Source: Minisyncoccia bacterium
GTDB lineage: Bacteria; Patescibacteriota; Minisyncoccia; Phycocordibacterales; UBA918
DNA: 64,000 bases
Assembly (NCBI GenBank): GCA_046598345.1
Contig: JBKJIT010000003.1
Location: forward strand, 5,089 to 69,088
Direction: 5' to 3'
Part shown: one piece after another, positions 17,057-27,060 of the stretch
How the letters are laid out: each line of letters opens with the position of its first letter
Position numbering within the stretch: position 1 is the stretch's first letter
The notes under the pieces: generated by a model
Seen by the model: the letters and a program-made list of their open reading frames with translations, nothing else
The model's database searches: none
What the model was told of the DNA's origin: nothing
Translations under genes and position numbers: made by a program

Positions 17057-17112
17057 TATAGTTTTTTGTCAACCCCATCCACTCTCTCTTATTTTCATAT
17101 ACAATAGACCAC

Positions 17113-18111
17113 ATGAATGATCCGGTACGCGAAAAAACTCCTTTGGAGCGAGAGGTAGGAGGAAATCTCGACCAAACGCTCCGCCCTCAAAAATGGGATG
17201 AGTACGTTGGACAGAAGAAGATCAAAGAGAATTTGCGTATTCTCCTTACGGCAGCGCGCGAGCGCGGCCACGCTGCAGAACACATACTTCTCTATGGCCC
17301 GCCAGGACTTGGAAAGACGACTCTCGCTCACTTGGTTTCAAAAACGCTTGAAACAAACTTGCGGACCACTTCAGGCCCTGCAATTGAGCGCGTAGGTGAC
17401 CTTGCGGCAATCCTCACCAACCTCTCCCCGGGAGATGTCCTCTTCATTGACGAAATTCATCGCCTCTCGAAATCTATTGAGGAGGTGCTCTACCCTGCAA
17501 TGGAGTCTGGCGTACTCGATATCATTATTGGGAAAGGCCCCTCGGCTCGTACTGTGCAACTTGATCTTCCACCCTTTACGCTTGTGGCCGCAACGACTCG
17601 CATTTCCCTCCTCTCTGCCCCACTTCGCTCACGATTCTCAGGAGGCACATTTCGACTCGAGTTTTATACGAACGAAGAGATCGGGGACATCTTGAGAAGA
17701 TCAGCAGGACTTCTAAACATCGAAGCTGGAGAAGTTATTCTCGCAAATATTTCGAAGCGCGCTCGTGCGACTCCCCGTATGGCTAACTATCTTCTCAAAC
17801 GGTGTCGCGACTTGGCCCAGCTCGAGGGAACTTCGCTGACCGCTCAGATTGTTGATCGTACATTCGAGCTGCTTGAGATTGATGCAATCGGACTCGGTGC
17901 CCCAGACCGAGCTGTGCTCGATGTGATCATTAATAAATTTGGAGGCGGTCCTGTAGGACTCAATACCATCGCAGCTGCGACGGGAGAAGAGATGTCAACA
18001 ATTGAAGAGGTGATTGAACCCTATCTCATTCGCCAAGGGCTCCTCGAGCGCACTCCCCGTGGCCGTATGGCGTCCCGAGATGCGTATGCCCATTTAGGTA
18101 AACTTGATTGA
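17113..18111 (+). CDS. ruvB: Holliday junction ATP-dependent DNA helicase RuvB
   Basis: [18 protein letters not shown] Walker A, RuvB signature regions. Confidence 0.9.
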   Translation: MNDPVREKTPLEREVGGNLDQTLRPQKWDEYVGQKKIKENLRILLTAARERGHAAEHILLYGPPGLGKTTLAHLVSKTLETNLRTTSGPAIERVGDLAAILTNLSPGDVLFIDEIHRLSKSIEEVLYPAMESGVLDIIIGKGPSARTVQLDLPPFTLVAATTRISLLSAPLRSRFSGGTFRLEFYTNEEIGDILRRSAGLLNIEAGEVILANISKRARATPRMANYLLKRCRDLAQLEGTSLTAQIVDRTFELLEIDAIGLGAPDRAVLDVIINKFGGGPVGLNTIAAATGEEMSTIEEVIEPYLIRQGLLERTPRGRMASRDAYAHLGKLD

Positions 18112-18196
18112 CGTTGCAATATTTTTTAGAGTGAATACTATTGATGGTCCCACTTCCGAACATTAGTAAAGTATACATTCGTAACAAAATCTAAGC

Positions 18197-18748
18197 ATGA
18201 GCGGACATAATAAATGGTCACAAATAAAACATCAGAAAGCCAAGACGGACGGCAAGAAAAGTAAAGTTTTTTCTAAACACGCGAGTGTTATTGCAATGGA
18301 GTCCAAAAAAGCTGAGGGGAACTTGAGTGCCCCGAGTCTTATTGCTGCTATCGAGCGGGCGAAAAAGGACTCGATGCCTAAGGAAAATATTGATAGAGCA
18401 ATACAAAAAGGAAAATCGGCAGACGGCTCATCGCTCAGCGAAGTATTGTACGAAACGTATGGGCCAGGAGGTACTGCGATTCTCGTCACTGCGGTTTCAG
18501 ACAATCCAAAACGTACCACTCCAGAAGTACGGCATATATTATCGAAGCTCGGGTACCAGCTCGGTGGAGTGGGTTCATCAGCGTGGGCTTTTCAAAAGAC
18601 GGCGGAAGGATACGTACCCACTATGGTCGTTGAACTCAGTGAGGCGGATGGTGAAAAACTTGCAGCGCTCGTTGAGGCACTTGAAGAACACGACGATATT
18701 CAAGATATCTTTACGACCGCCGACAGTCCGGAATCTGAGGTATCATAA
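18197..18748 (+). CDS. YebC/PmpR-family probable transcriptional regulator (short form)
   Basis: MSGHNKWSQIKHQKAKTDGKKSKVFSK... canonical YebC N-terminus. Confidence 0.75.
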   Translation: MSGHNKWSQIKHQKAKTDGKKSKVFSKHASVIAMESKKAEGNLSAPSLIAAIERAKKDSMPKENIDRAIQKGKSADGSSLSEVLYETYGPGGTAILVTAVSDNPKRTTPEVRHILSKLGYQLGGVGSSAWAFQKTAEGYVPTMVVELSEADGEKLAALVEALEEHDDIQDIFTTADSPESEVS

Positions 18749-18752
18749 AGAC

Positions 18753-19232
18753 GTGAGAGTTTTAGCACTAGATCCAGGCTATGGGCGTCTCGGCATAGCA
18801 GTTTTGGAACGAATACAAGGAACCGAAACCCTTCTCTACTCCTCTTGTATGGAGACAGATAAAGAATCGCCTATCCCAGAGCGACTGCATGTCATTGGGA
18901 ATATGGTTCTGCGCCTTCTCAAAGAGTACAAGCCGGATTTCCTCAGTGTTGAAACGCTCTTTTTCAACAAAAATATCAAAACGGGTATCGCTGTTGCTGA
19001 GGTGCGTGGCATCATACTCTATCTTGCGAAGGAACATGGGTGTACTATCTGTGAATATGGGCCACAGGAAGTGAAGGTGGCCGTAACAGGTTACGGTAAT
19101 AGCGACAAAGATGCCGTCATACTCATGGTGAAGCGCCTAGTGAAGGGTGCGCCCCCAAAGGCGATCGATGATGAGTACGACGCAATTGCCGTAGGGCTTA
19201 CCTGTCTTGCCCATAATAGGAGTGCGCGCTGA
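18753..19232 (+). CDS. ruvC: Crossover junction endodeoxyribonuclease RuvC
   Basis: VRVLALDPGYGRLGIAV... RNase H-fold RuvC motifs. GTG start 5 nt after the yebC stop. The track's 18327 start is an over-extension. Confidence 0.8.
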   Translation: MRVLALDPGYGRLGIAVLERIQGTETLLYSSCMETDKESPIPERLHVIGNMVLRLLKEYKPDFLSVETLFFNKNIKTGIAVAEVRGIILYLAKEHGCTICEYGPQEVKVAVTGYGNSDKDAVILMVKRLVKGAPPKAIDDEYDAIAVGLTCLAHNRSAR

Positions 19233-19315
19233 AAAGAATCTTGCATTGCAGTCCAACATCTGATAGAAAATACGAGACGTTATAAATTTAGATGAACTAG
19301 TCAGAGAGATCACAT

Positions 19316-19561
19316 ATGTTTTTAGAAGAAGAGGAAGAAAAAGAAAAAGAGATACTAGACGATGCGCTCCTCGACGGTCTCGTGGAAGAAGTGGTGCTCG
19401 ATGATGAACTCCTTGATGAAAGTGGGGTGCCTATTCCGATACCTGAGGCAATAAAGGAAATTGACGAATTTGCAGACGACAAGGAGTTGTTGGACGGTGA
19501 CTTAGAAGAAGACGAGGAGGTGGATGACTATGACTCATTCGACGACCACGACGAGCTATAA
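19316..19561 (+). CDS. Small highly acidic low-complexity protein (81 aa, D/E/L-rich)
   Basis: ORF sits between ruvC and a strong terminator. Weak SD; could be spurious. Confidence 0.3.
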   Translation: MFLEEEEEKEKEILDDALLDGLVEEVVLDDELLDESGVPIPIPEAIKEIDEFADDKELLDGDLEEDEEVDDYDSFDDHDEL

Positions 19562-19572
19562 AAGAAAACATA

Positions 19573-19605
19573 AAAACCGGCGGCCCCTAGGGGCCGGCGG
19601 TTTTT
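19573..19605. terminator. Bidirectional rho-independent terminator AAAACCGGCGGCCCCTAGGGGCCGGCGGTTTT
   Basis: Perfect GC-rich palindrome flanked by A-run and T-run, between convergent genes. Confidence 0.8.
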
Positions 19606-19625
19606 ATGTTTTCTTTACGAAACTA

Positions 19626-20822
19626 TTACGGAATAAGTTTCACGAATCGTCGTTTCCCAATCTTCAGCGTACAGTCTTCTGTTAGCTCTGCAGGGAGTTC
19701 AGTGAATTTTTCCCCGGTCTCCATACTACGTACTCCCCCAGCTTCGAAAAGGCGATGGAGTTCAGATTTCGAACTCACTATTCCTGCCGCAACAAGGTTT
19801 TCTGCGTACGGCGCACGAATTTCCACCACATCCTCTGGCACCTCTTTATTTTGAAACACAGAAATAAATACCTCCTCTGCAGTCGTAGAATTCTCTTCTC
19901 CGTGGTACATACGAACGATTTCGCGTGCGAGACGCATTTTAATATTTTTTGGATTCTCTTCTTCATTGAAGATGCGTTCAATCTCTTCAAGCGAAAGCGT
20001 CGTGCAGTCAGTGAAAAGCTGGCGCATATTTTCATCCGGCTGCGCCATTATTCCTCCGTACATCTGGTCCGGTATAGAATCCAAAAACACACCGGTTCCT
20101 TGGGACTTCGACATCATTTTTTCTTTTGTTTTTGGATTTTCAAGCAAAGTGGTGATGAACACAAACTTTTCCTTATCTTTCAATTTTCGTAAAAGTGTTC
20201 TTCCTGCAAGCGCGTTGAACTTCTGGTCAGAGCCACATAGCTCCATATCAACCTCCATGGCAACTGAATCATATCCTTGCATGAGTGGGTAAAACAATTC
20301 GTGGAGGTAGAGTGGCTTATTGTCTTCGAGTCGTTTCTCAAACATATCTCGCTCTATCATCTGTTGCACCGTAAAATGGGAAGCAAGGTTGACCACATCT
20401 TCAAATGTAAGTTTCGAGAGCCAGTCGTGATTGTAGAGGATGGTGACCGGATTTTCGGGGTCATCAACTCCAATGATGGGGCGCACCTGCGTAAGCCACG
20501 TTTTGGTATTTTCCATCACCTCTTCCCGAGTGAGTTGCTTCCTTGCTGAGTCGCCCTTATCAGTCGGGTCTCCGATGCGGGAGGTGAAATCTCCAATCAA
20601 AAAAATTATTTCATGGCCAAGTTTTCGGAGCTTCTCGAGAATGAGGTAATTTGTTGCGTGTCCCAAGTGAAGCGAGGTACCCGTTGCGTCGGTACCGATG
20701 TAGATTTTGAGGCGACGCCCTGAAAGCAAAGCCTCCTTGAGACTCTCTTTACTTGGTAATATTTCCTTTACTGATCGGCTGAGAAGTTCGTCAATTAAAT
20801 GTTCGTGAGCGTGTGGATTCAT
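19626..20822 (-). CDS. tyrS: Tyrosyl-tRNA synthetase
   Basis: HLGH and KMSKS (KMMSKS) class I motifs, C-terminal S4-like region. Confidence 0.9.
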   Translation of the reverse strand: MNPHAHEHLIDELLSRSVKEILPSKESLKEALLSGRRLKIYIGTDATGTSLHLGHATNYLILEKLRKLGHEIIFLIGDFTSRIGDPTDKGDSARKQLTREEVMENTKTWLTQVRPIIGVDDPENPVTILYNHDWLSKLTFEDVVNLASHFTVQQMIERDMFEKRLEDNKPLYLHELFYPLMQGYDSVAMEVDMELCGSDQKFNALAGRTLLRKLKDKEKFVFITTLLENPKTKEKMMSKSQGTGVFLDSIPDQMYGGIMAQPDENMRQLFTDCTTLSLEEIERIFNEEENPKNIKMRLAREIVRMYHGEENSTTAEEVFISVFQNKEVPEDVVEIRAPYAENLVAAGIVSSKSELHRLFEAGGVRSMETGEKFTELPAELTEDCTLKIGKRRFVKLIP

Positions 20823-20892
20823 AGAAATTTCATAAACTGTAACATATTCACATCAAGTTTATATATACACAATACAATGCTATATTTGCAAT

Positions 20893-23175
20893 ATGTCGTT
20901 TCTTCCAAAGTGGCTTAGAGCCAACGCAAAAGAGCTCGCCATTGACGCGCTCATTATTTTTTTTGTACTTGGTCTCATCGGGACGGGAGTAGTTTTTCTC
21001 TGGATTTCAACCTTAAACATTCCTGACCTCTCCTCGTTTGAAGAGCGCCGCGTCCTCCAGTCAACTAAAATCTATGACCGCACAGGGGAAGTTCTTCTCT
21101 ATGACCTTCATCAAGATGTTCGCCGCACCATTGTTCCCTACGAAAAAATCTCGCGACATATAAAAAATGCGACGGTTGCCATTGAAGACGATTCCTTCTT
21201 TGAGCACGGTGGGATACGGCCGTTTTCTATTCTCCGCGCTGTAATTGCCAATCTTCAGGGTGGAAACCTTCTTGGTGGACAGGGTGGATCGACCATCACG
21301 CAACAGGTTATTAAAAATTCGATCCTTGAGCGTAATAAAACCCTCACGAGAAAAATAAAAGAATGGATTCTTGCCATTCGTCTCGAGCAAGTGCTCACAA
21401 AAGAAGAAATATTAGGCCACTACCTCAACGAGTCACCGTACGGTGGGACAATTTATGGTGTGGAGGAAGCGAGCCAAACTTTTTTTGGGAAACCAGCAGC
21501 TGACGTAACCTTGGCAGAGGCAGCCTATCTTGCTTCGCTCCCGCAACTTCCCACGTATTATTCTCCCTACGGGTTACACCGAGACGATCTTGAGCTCCGA
21601 AAGAACCTCGTACTTTTGCGCATGAAGGCGTTAGGATTTATTACTGAAGAAGAACATGCGGTTGCGCTTGTCGAAAAGGTGGAATTTAAATCCCAGACAA
21701 CTGGTGGTATTCGTGCGCCTCATTTTGTCTTTTACATAAAAGAACAACTTGCGAGTATGTATGGAGATGAATTCCTTGCAGAGCAAGGATTTAAAGTAAT
21801 TACCACACTCGATTACGAGCTCCAGGAAGAGGCTGAAAAAATCGTACACGACAAAGCACTCGAGAATGAGAAAAAATTTAACGCTGAAAACGGTGCCATT
21901 GTTGCCACTGACCCACAGACCGGGGAAATCATTGTTATGGTTGGTTCACGGGATTATTTCGATACGGAAATTGATGGTAATTATAATATCGCACTTGCGC
22001 TAAGGCAGCCGGGTTCGGCATTTAAACCTTTTGTATATGCAACAGCCTTTAATAAAGGCTATACGCCCGACACTATTCTCTTTGATGTCGAAACACAATT
22101 CTCAACCACCTGTGCGCCAAATGACTTCACCTCAGGTGACAACTGTTATTCCCCACGTAACTACGATGACCGATTTCGTGGGCCCGTCAGCATTCGGAAC
22201 GCCCTCGCACAATCGCTCAATATTCCTGCAGTCAAAACGCTCTACCTTGCTGGTATTCCCGCCTCTATTAAAACGGCACGCGATTTTGGTATCACGACGC
22301 TCACAAACCAGAACCAGTACGGTCTTACGCTCGTTTTAGGGGGTGGTGAGGTACGCCTCGTCGACATGGTGGGCGCGTACAGCGTCTTTGCAAACGAAGG
22401 CATCAAACATGAACTGACCGGGATCCTCCGGATTGAAGATAGTTCTGGAAACACAGTGAGAGAATTTAAATCTGATCCAAAGCGCGTCCTCGATGCTGAG
22501 GTGGCACGAAAAATTTCTGACATTCTTTCAGACAATGTGGCGCGTACGCCACTCTACGGAGCTAATTCGCTTCTCTATTTCCCCAACCGAGACGTGGCGG
22601 CAAAAACCGGAACAACGAACGATAAGCGCGACGCTTGGATTATTGGGTACACCCCGAACCTCACCGTAGGTGCCTGGGCTGGCAACAATGACAATCGCTC
22701 AATGAGTGAGATCTCAGGCCTCATCATTACCCCAATGTGGCGTGCGTTTATGGACGTTGCGCTCGCGAAATATGAGGAAGAAACCTTCACTGAACCCCTC
22801 GCAACCCCATCGGATCTTAAGCCTATTTTACGAGGAGTGTGGTTTGATCCAACTGCGGCGATTACTGGATACCCTTCAGATCCAGACCAGGCTCCAGAAC
22901 TTAACCTTGCGGGTACAATTGGTAGCGCTCACTCCATTCTCTATTATGTAAACAAAAATGATCCAACTGGTCCCTACCCTACAAACCCCGCAAGCGACCC
23001 GCAATTTGCACTCTGGGAATATGGCGTTACGAGATGGAAAGAAGCAATGCTTGGTGCACTTACTCCCCCGGCCACTACCACTGTGGATCAGGGTACCAAT
23101 ACTGATACTACCGATATTGATGCAGAAGAAGATACTGGCCGAAGAAGCCGGAATCGTAACAGCGACAACAACTGA
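20893..23175 (+). CDS. Class A penicillin-binding protein (transglycosylase + transpeptidase)
   Basis: EDDSFFEHGG, GGSTITQQ, SAFKPF (SxxK), SLN, KTGTT motifs. N-terminal TM. Confidence 0.9.
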   Translation: MSFLPKWLRANAKELAIDALIIFFVLGLIGTGVVFLWISTLNIPDLSSFEERRVLQSTKIYDRTGEVLLYDLHQDVRRTIVPYEKISRHIKNATVAIEDDSFFEHGGIRPFSILRAVIANLQGGNLLGGQGGSTITQQVIKNSILERNKTLTRKIKEWILAIRLEQVLTKEEILGHYLNESPYGGTIYGVEEASQTFFGKPAADVTLAEAAYLASLPQLPTYYSPYGLHRDDLELRKNLVLLRMKALGFITEEEHAVALVEKVEFKSQTTGGIRAPHFVFYIKEQLASMYGDEFLAEQGFKVITTLDYELQEEAEKIVHDKALENEKKFNAENGAIVATDPQTGEIIVMVGSRDYFDTEIDGNYNIALALRQPGSAFKPFVYATAFNKGYTPDTILFDVETQFSTTCAPNDFTSGDNCYSPRNYDDRFRGPVSIRNALAQSLNIPAVKTLYLAGIPASIKTARDFGITTLTNQNQYGLTLVLGGGEVRLVDMVGAYSVFANEGIKHELTGILRIEDSSGNTVREFKSDPKRVLDAEVARKISDILSDNVARTPLYGANSLLYFPNRDVAAKTGTTNDKRDAWIIGYTPNLTVGAWAGNNDNRSMSEISGLIITPMWRAFMDVALAKYEEETFTEPLATPSDLKPILRGVWFDPTAAITGYPSDPDQAPELNLAGTIGSAHSILYYVNKNDPTGPYPTNPASDPQFALWEYGVTRWKEAMLGALTPPATTTVDQGTNTDTTDIDAEEDTGRRSRNRNSDNN

Positions 23176-23192
23176 CCATAACTCTTAGCCCT

Positions 23193-23486
23193 CTACAAAA
23201 TATCTGTAGGCGTACTCTTCTCACCCAGTCTACCTTTTAAATGGGTTAAGATTTCTCCCTTGCGAAGGAGAATTTCTGATTTAAGCGGTCCACCGACATT
23301 TATATGAAGTGTTTTTGTTGCAACCGTGTACGTGCACGCCCCCTCTTTCAGCGTAAAATTAAAGAGATCGTAGATTACCTCACAAAAGACCTTAGTAACG
23401 GTACCTTGGGGCGCTTTGAAGCGTGTAGCATACACAGAAAAGAGTTTGGATATTTTTGTAATTTCTCCTCGTCCAAATTTGCGCAT
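23193..23486 (-). CDS. Small conserved protein downstream of dnaN, possibly DUF721/DciA-like
   Basis: 97-aa ORF 20 nt after the dnaN stop, same strand. Weak resemblance only. Confidence 0.3.
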   Translation of the reverse strand: MRKFGRGEITKISKLFSVYATRFKAPQGTVTKVFCEVIYDLFNFTLKEGACTYTVATKTLHINVGGPLKSEILLRKGEILTHLKGRLGEKSTPTDIL

Positions 23487-23505
23487 TGTAGTGTATCGTT
23501 TTCGC

Positions 23506-24597
23506 TTACTTATTCATCGGCATCACCAGGTATCGTAACGAGTGGTCATGGAGGTTTTGAATCACCACCGGCCGGCCGATACCAGCTAGGTGTAAAACCA
23601 TACTTTCATCACTAATATGAGGAATAACATCTGAAATGTACCGTTGATTAAAGCTGAGGGTAATTTCGTCTCCTTCAGTCGCAGCATGAATTGACTCAGT
23701 CGTTGCTCCGATTTCAGCATTTTGAGATGAAATAGTAATACTCTTGTCTGAAACAATGAGTGACATTTGCATAAACTTATTAAGAAAAATACTCGTCTTT
23801 TTAAGAATGTGTGCAAAATCAGCGGTAAGTGTGGTTGCGTGCGCTGCATATTCTTTCGGAATAATCTGTTCATAATCAGGAAACGTTCCCCCAACAAGCC
23901 GTGAGGTGATATAAAGATCTGGGGCCTCTAGTGCACATTGATTTTCAGTAATATAGAGTGTCACCTCCCCATCATACTCTCCAGCGACTCGAGCAAGTTC
24001 GAGGGCATTTTTATAAGGAATGAGTAAAGACTCAGAAAGCACCAAACCGTGTGCTGCCACGGTTTTTTCCATCAGTCGAAATGAGTCAGTAGCAACAAAT
24101 GTAAGTGAGTGCTCCTTTTTTTGAAAAATATACACACATCCTAATTCTGGCTTAATGGCAGATTGAGAAGCAGTAAATGCGGTAGTTTTAATACCTAATG
24201 CCAATAGAGAACCTTTGATTTTTTGTGGTGCTCCGGTTATTTTCGCAATTACGGGAAAGTCTTCTGCCGCAATACTCTTGAGTTCAGATTTAGATGTTGC
24301 GGTTTCAATAGTGAGAATAGTTCCCTCGGTTGAAAGTGAAATATTTTTTTGATTCACCAAATTTACAATCTGGAGAAGTGTTTGTGCAGGCACAGCAATC
24401 ACTCCCTCCCCTTCGATTGTTGCAGGAATAGTAACCTCAATTCCAATTTCCAAATTCGTTCCTTTAAGGATGAGTTTTTTACCTTTCGCTTCAATGAGCA
24501 CACATTGAAGAACTGGAAGTGTAATGTGTTTCGTACTCACTCGAGATACAGCTTCCAATGCTTTCTGAAGTTCAGTCGTTGTTGTCGTGATGTGCAT
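23506..24597 (-). CDS. dnaN: DNA polymerase III beta sliding clamp
   Basis: Three-domain beta-clamp length and typical N-terminus MHITTTTTELQKALEAVSRV. Confidence 0.85.
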   Translation of the reverse strand: MHITTTTTELQKALEAVSRVSTKHITLPVLQCVLIEAKGKKLILKGTNLEIGIEVTIPATIEGEGVIAVPAQTLLQIVNLVNQKNISLSTEGTILTIETATSKSELKSIAAEDFPVIAKITGAPQKIKGSLLALGIKTTAFTASQSAIKPELGCVYIFQKKEHSLTFVATDSFRLMEKTVAAHGLVLSESLLIPYKNALELARVAGEYDGEVTLYITENQCALEAPDLYITSRLVGGTFPDYEQIIPKEYAAHATTLTADFAHILKKTSIFLNKFMQMSLIVSDKSITISSQNAEIGATTESIHAATEGDEITLSFNQRYISDVIPHISDESMVLHLAGIGRPVVIQNLHDHSLRYLVMPMNK

Positions 24598-24907
24598 ATC
24601 TCGAATGATTATTTTTTTAATTCATCTTTTACTCATCCTTATTATGTATGTGGATGTGTGGAAGGTTTAGTTTTAATGAGTAATTACATACTATTCTAAG
24701 GAAGCCTAGTTGTGTATTACTGTGGATTTGTGTGTGACTTGTGTGGTTAGGGTGTGTAGTACTTTATTAAATAATGTTTGGTGTTTGTAAAAAACCAAAC
24801 ATTCTCCACTTTTGTACATACTTCACCCTTCTCACACACAGAGATAGTACAAGTGATATCCCTCTGTAATCCACACTCATGAGACACAGTAAAAAACTGT
24901 AAAAGAA
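24598..24907. promoter_or_regulatory. Candidate oriC / DnaA-box cluster between dnaA and dnaN
   Basis: Several 7-8/9 matches to TTATCCACA or its complement (TGTGGATGT, TGTGGATTT, TAATCCACA) in an AT-rich spacer. Classic origin gene context. Confidence 0.4.
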
Positions 24908-26308
24908 CTACTTGAGGAGTGTACGTATTTGTGACACCTCTTCCTCAAGTTCGGTATCCACGAGAAGTTCACGTTTTATCTTTTCACACGAATGAATAAC
25001 GGTGGTATGGTCGCGGCCACCCATTTTTTGTCCAATAGCGGGATATGAAACGCGAAAATCTTCTCGAAGGATATACATAATAAGCTGACGCGGCTTCACC
25101 ACCTCTTTTCGTCGTGTCTTTTCATAAATACTTGAAGGGTCGATGTCAAAATAACGCGCAACCTTATCTACAACGTCAGAGACCGCAAGTGATTTCCGTG
25201 GTCGGGTACTGTTTTTTATAAGCACCTTCACTTCATCAAGGGAGAGTGAGCGACCAAGGAGTTGTGACTGGCATAGAATGGTATTGAGTGCGCCTTCAAG
25301 CTCACGAATGTTGCCCTCAATAATTTTTGAAAGGTGCTCTACAACTTCGTCAGCGAGTGTAATTGTGTTCTGTGCTGCTTTTGCTTTCAAGATAGCGGAG
25401 CGTGATTCTGAATCCGGGGGTGGAATATCAACAATCATTCCCTGTGAGAAACGAGAGCGGAGTCGATCCTCCATACCGTTCATGAGCGCAGGGTGTACAT
25501 CACTCGAGAATACAATCTGCTTGTTGTTGTCGTGCATTGCATTAAAGAGGTGGAAAAGTTCTTCCTGTGTCTTTTCTTTTTGTGCGAGAAACTGCACATC
25601 GTCCATGATTAAAATGTCATACTGTCGGTATTTATCTTTGAAACTATTTGCCGTACCGCTTTGGAGCGAATTCATATAATCCACGGTAAAACGCTCACTC
25701 GTGACATAAAAAACCTTCTTCCCTTGTCGTTTAAGCTGGTTCCCGATTGCTTGGATGAGGTGGGTCTTACCATGACCTGTCTTCCCATAAATAAAGAGTG
25801 GATTGTATGCAATTCCAGGCTTTGCAACCACTGTTTTTGCTGCAGCGTGGGCAAGTTCGTTGAATGGACCCACAACAAAGGTCTCAAACACGTACTTTGG
25901 ATTCAAATTGTCGCTCTTATTAATGTAGTACTCCTCAAGTGGAAGAGCCGCATTTACCGTTTGCTTCTTTGAGCTCTCGTTTTTCCGGTCATTTCGCTGA
26001 ACTACCGCGTATTCAATGCTTCGCACGTGCGACGTAATATCTCGAAGATTTTTAAGTATGAGTGCTTGGAACTTGTCTTGAATCCAGTCGCGTACAAACA
26101 CACTCGGCACAGCGAGTGTCACTGTGCCGTCTTCAAGTGCAAGAATGTATGTATCGCGGAACCAGGTCTTGAAATTCGCCGCAGTTATGGAGAGTTCGAT
26201 GGTTACGAGCACGTCGTCCCATAATTTTTTCACATCAATTTGTTCTGTTTGGAGAATGCTTGTTGATGTATTCGGGAGGTAACTCATAGCAGACGAATCT
26301 AATAGCAA
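24908..26308 (-). CDS. dnaA: Chromosomal replication initiator DnaA
   Basis: GKTGHGKTHLIQAIGN AAA+ motif, C-terminal DNA-binding domain. Confidence 0.9.
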   Translation of the reverse strand: MLLDSSAMSYLPNTSTSILQTEQIDVKKLWDDVLVTIELSITAANFKTWFRDTYILALEDGTVTLAVPSVFVRDWIQDKFQALILKNLRDITSHVRSIEYAVVQRNDRKNESSKKQTVNAALPLEEYYINKSDNLNPKYVFETFVVGPFNELAHAAAKTVVAKPGIAYNPLFIYGKTGHGKTHLIQAIGNQLKRQGKKVFYVTSERFTVDYMNSLQSGTANSFKDKYRQYDILIMDDVQFLAQKEKTQEELFHLFNAMHDNNKQIVFSSDVHPALMNGMEDRLRSRFSQGMIVDIPPPDSESRSAILKAKAAQNTITLADEVVEHLSKIIEGNIRELEGALNTILCQSQLLGRSLSLDEVKVLIKNSTRPRKSLAVSDVVDKVARYFDIDPSSIYEKTRRKEVVKPRQLIMYILREDFRVSYPAIGQKMGGRDHTTVIHSCEKIKRELLVDTELEEEVSQIRTLLK

Positions 26309-26550
26309 GCATTATACCGGGCTGTGGAAAAGTGTAAATAGATATCGAAAAAACGAAGCAATGCGCCATGTTGCATAACTGCTGTGTACAAGATGTGGAG
26401 AACAAAAAATAGTTTGCATCAATTTTGTATGACACGCATTCGCAAATACAGTTTAAGAAATACGCATTTATTTCAAATAATCCTCGAAGATCATTCCTAT
26501 TGATTAAAAAGGACGCTTAGTGTACATTAAGCCACACAAAACATTCATAT

Positions 26551-26688
26551 ATGTCAAAGCGAACCTATCAACCAAAGAAGAAAAAGCGGGCAACAACCCA
26601 CGGTTTTCTCGTACGCAGCCAAAGCAAGACAGGTGCTAGGGTCCTCCGGGCGCGTCGCCGCAAGAAGCGTGCAAAACTGAGTGTTTAA
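26551..26688 (+). CDS. rpmH: 50S ribosomal protein L34
   Basis: [45 protein letters not shown]. Below the track's length cutoff; found by eye. Confidence 0.85.
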   Translation: MSKRTYQPKKKKRATTHGFLVRSQSKTGARVLRARRRKKRAKLSV

Positions 26689-26702
26689 GCTACACTAGAA
26701 GC

Positions 26703-27035
26703 ATGCTAGCCAAAAAAGAACGATTGAGCCGAGAGACCTTCAATCGTTCTTTTTCGTTGGGAAAGCGGTTACACGGGACGACGCTCCAGCTCGTGTACTC
26801 GAAATCTGAGACACTCCATGGCGCTGTGGTGATTCCAAAAAAGATTGAACCCCGTGCAGTTATGCGGAACAAGCTTCGGCGTCGCGTCTACGATGCGCTC
26901 CGCCAGGTAGCTAAGGAGGAAGGGGTGATTGGTACATTTATCTTTATTTTTAAAGCGAAAAGTTCAGCGCGAGCGTTTACTGATTTGAAACAAGAGGTGT
27001 CTGAATTGGTACATACAGTGACAAAGCAAAGGTAA
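26703..27035 (+). CDS. rnpA: RNase P protein component
   Basis: Position after rpmH and basic RnpA motif KLRRRVYDALR. Confidence 0.8.
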   Translation: MLAKKERLSRETFNRSFSLGKRLHGTTLQLVYSKSETLHGAVVIPKKIEPRAVMRNKLRRRVYDALRQVAKEEGVIGTFIFIFKAKSSARAFTDLKQEVSELVHTVTKQR

Positions 27036-27060
27036 TCGACTATAGTAAGTCACGTTTTCT

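Noticed and set aside
18327-19232. 301-aa ORF from the six-frame track spanning the yebC gene and ruvC
   Set aside because: The upstream 140 codons overlap yebC in another frame and have low-complexity K/R-rich translation. The real ruvC begins at the in-frame GTG 18753, just after the yebC stop.
24349-24699. 116-aa plus-strand ORF across the dnaN start / origin spacer
   Set aside because: It overlaps dnaN antisense and the AT-rich origin region, which gives it no coding support.
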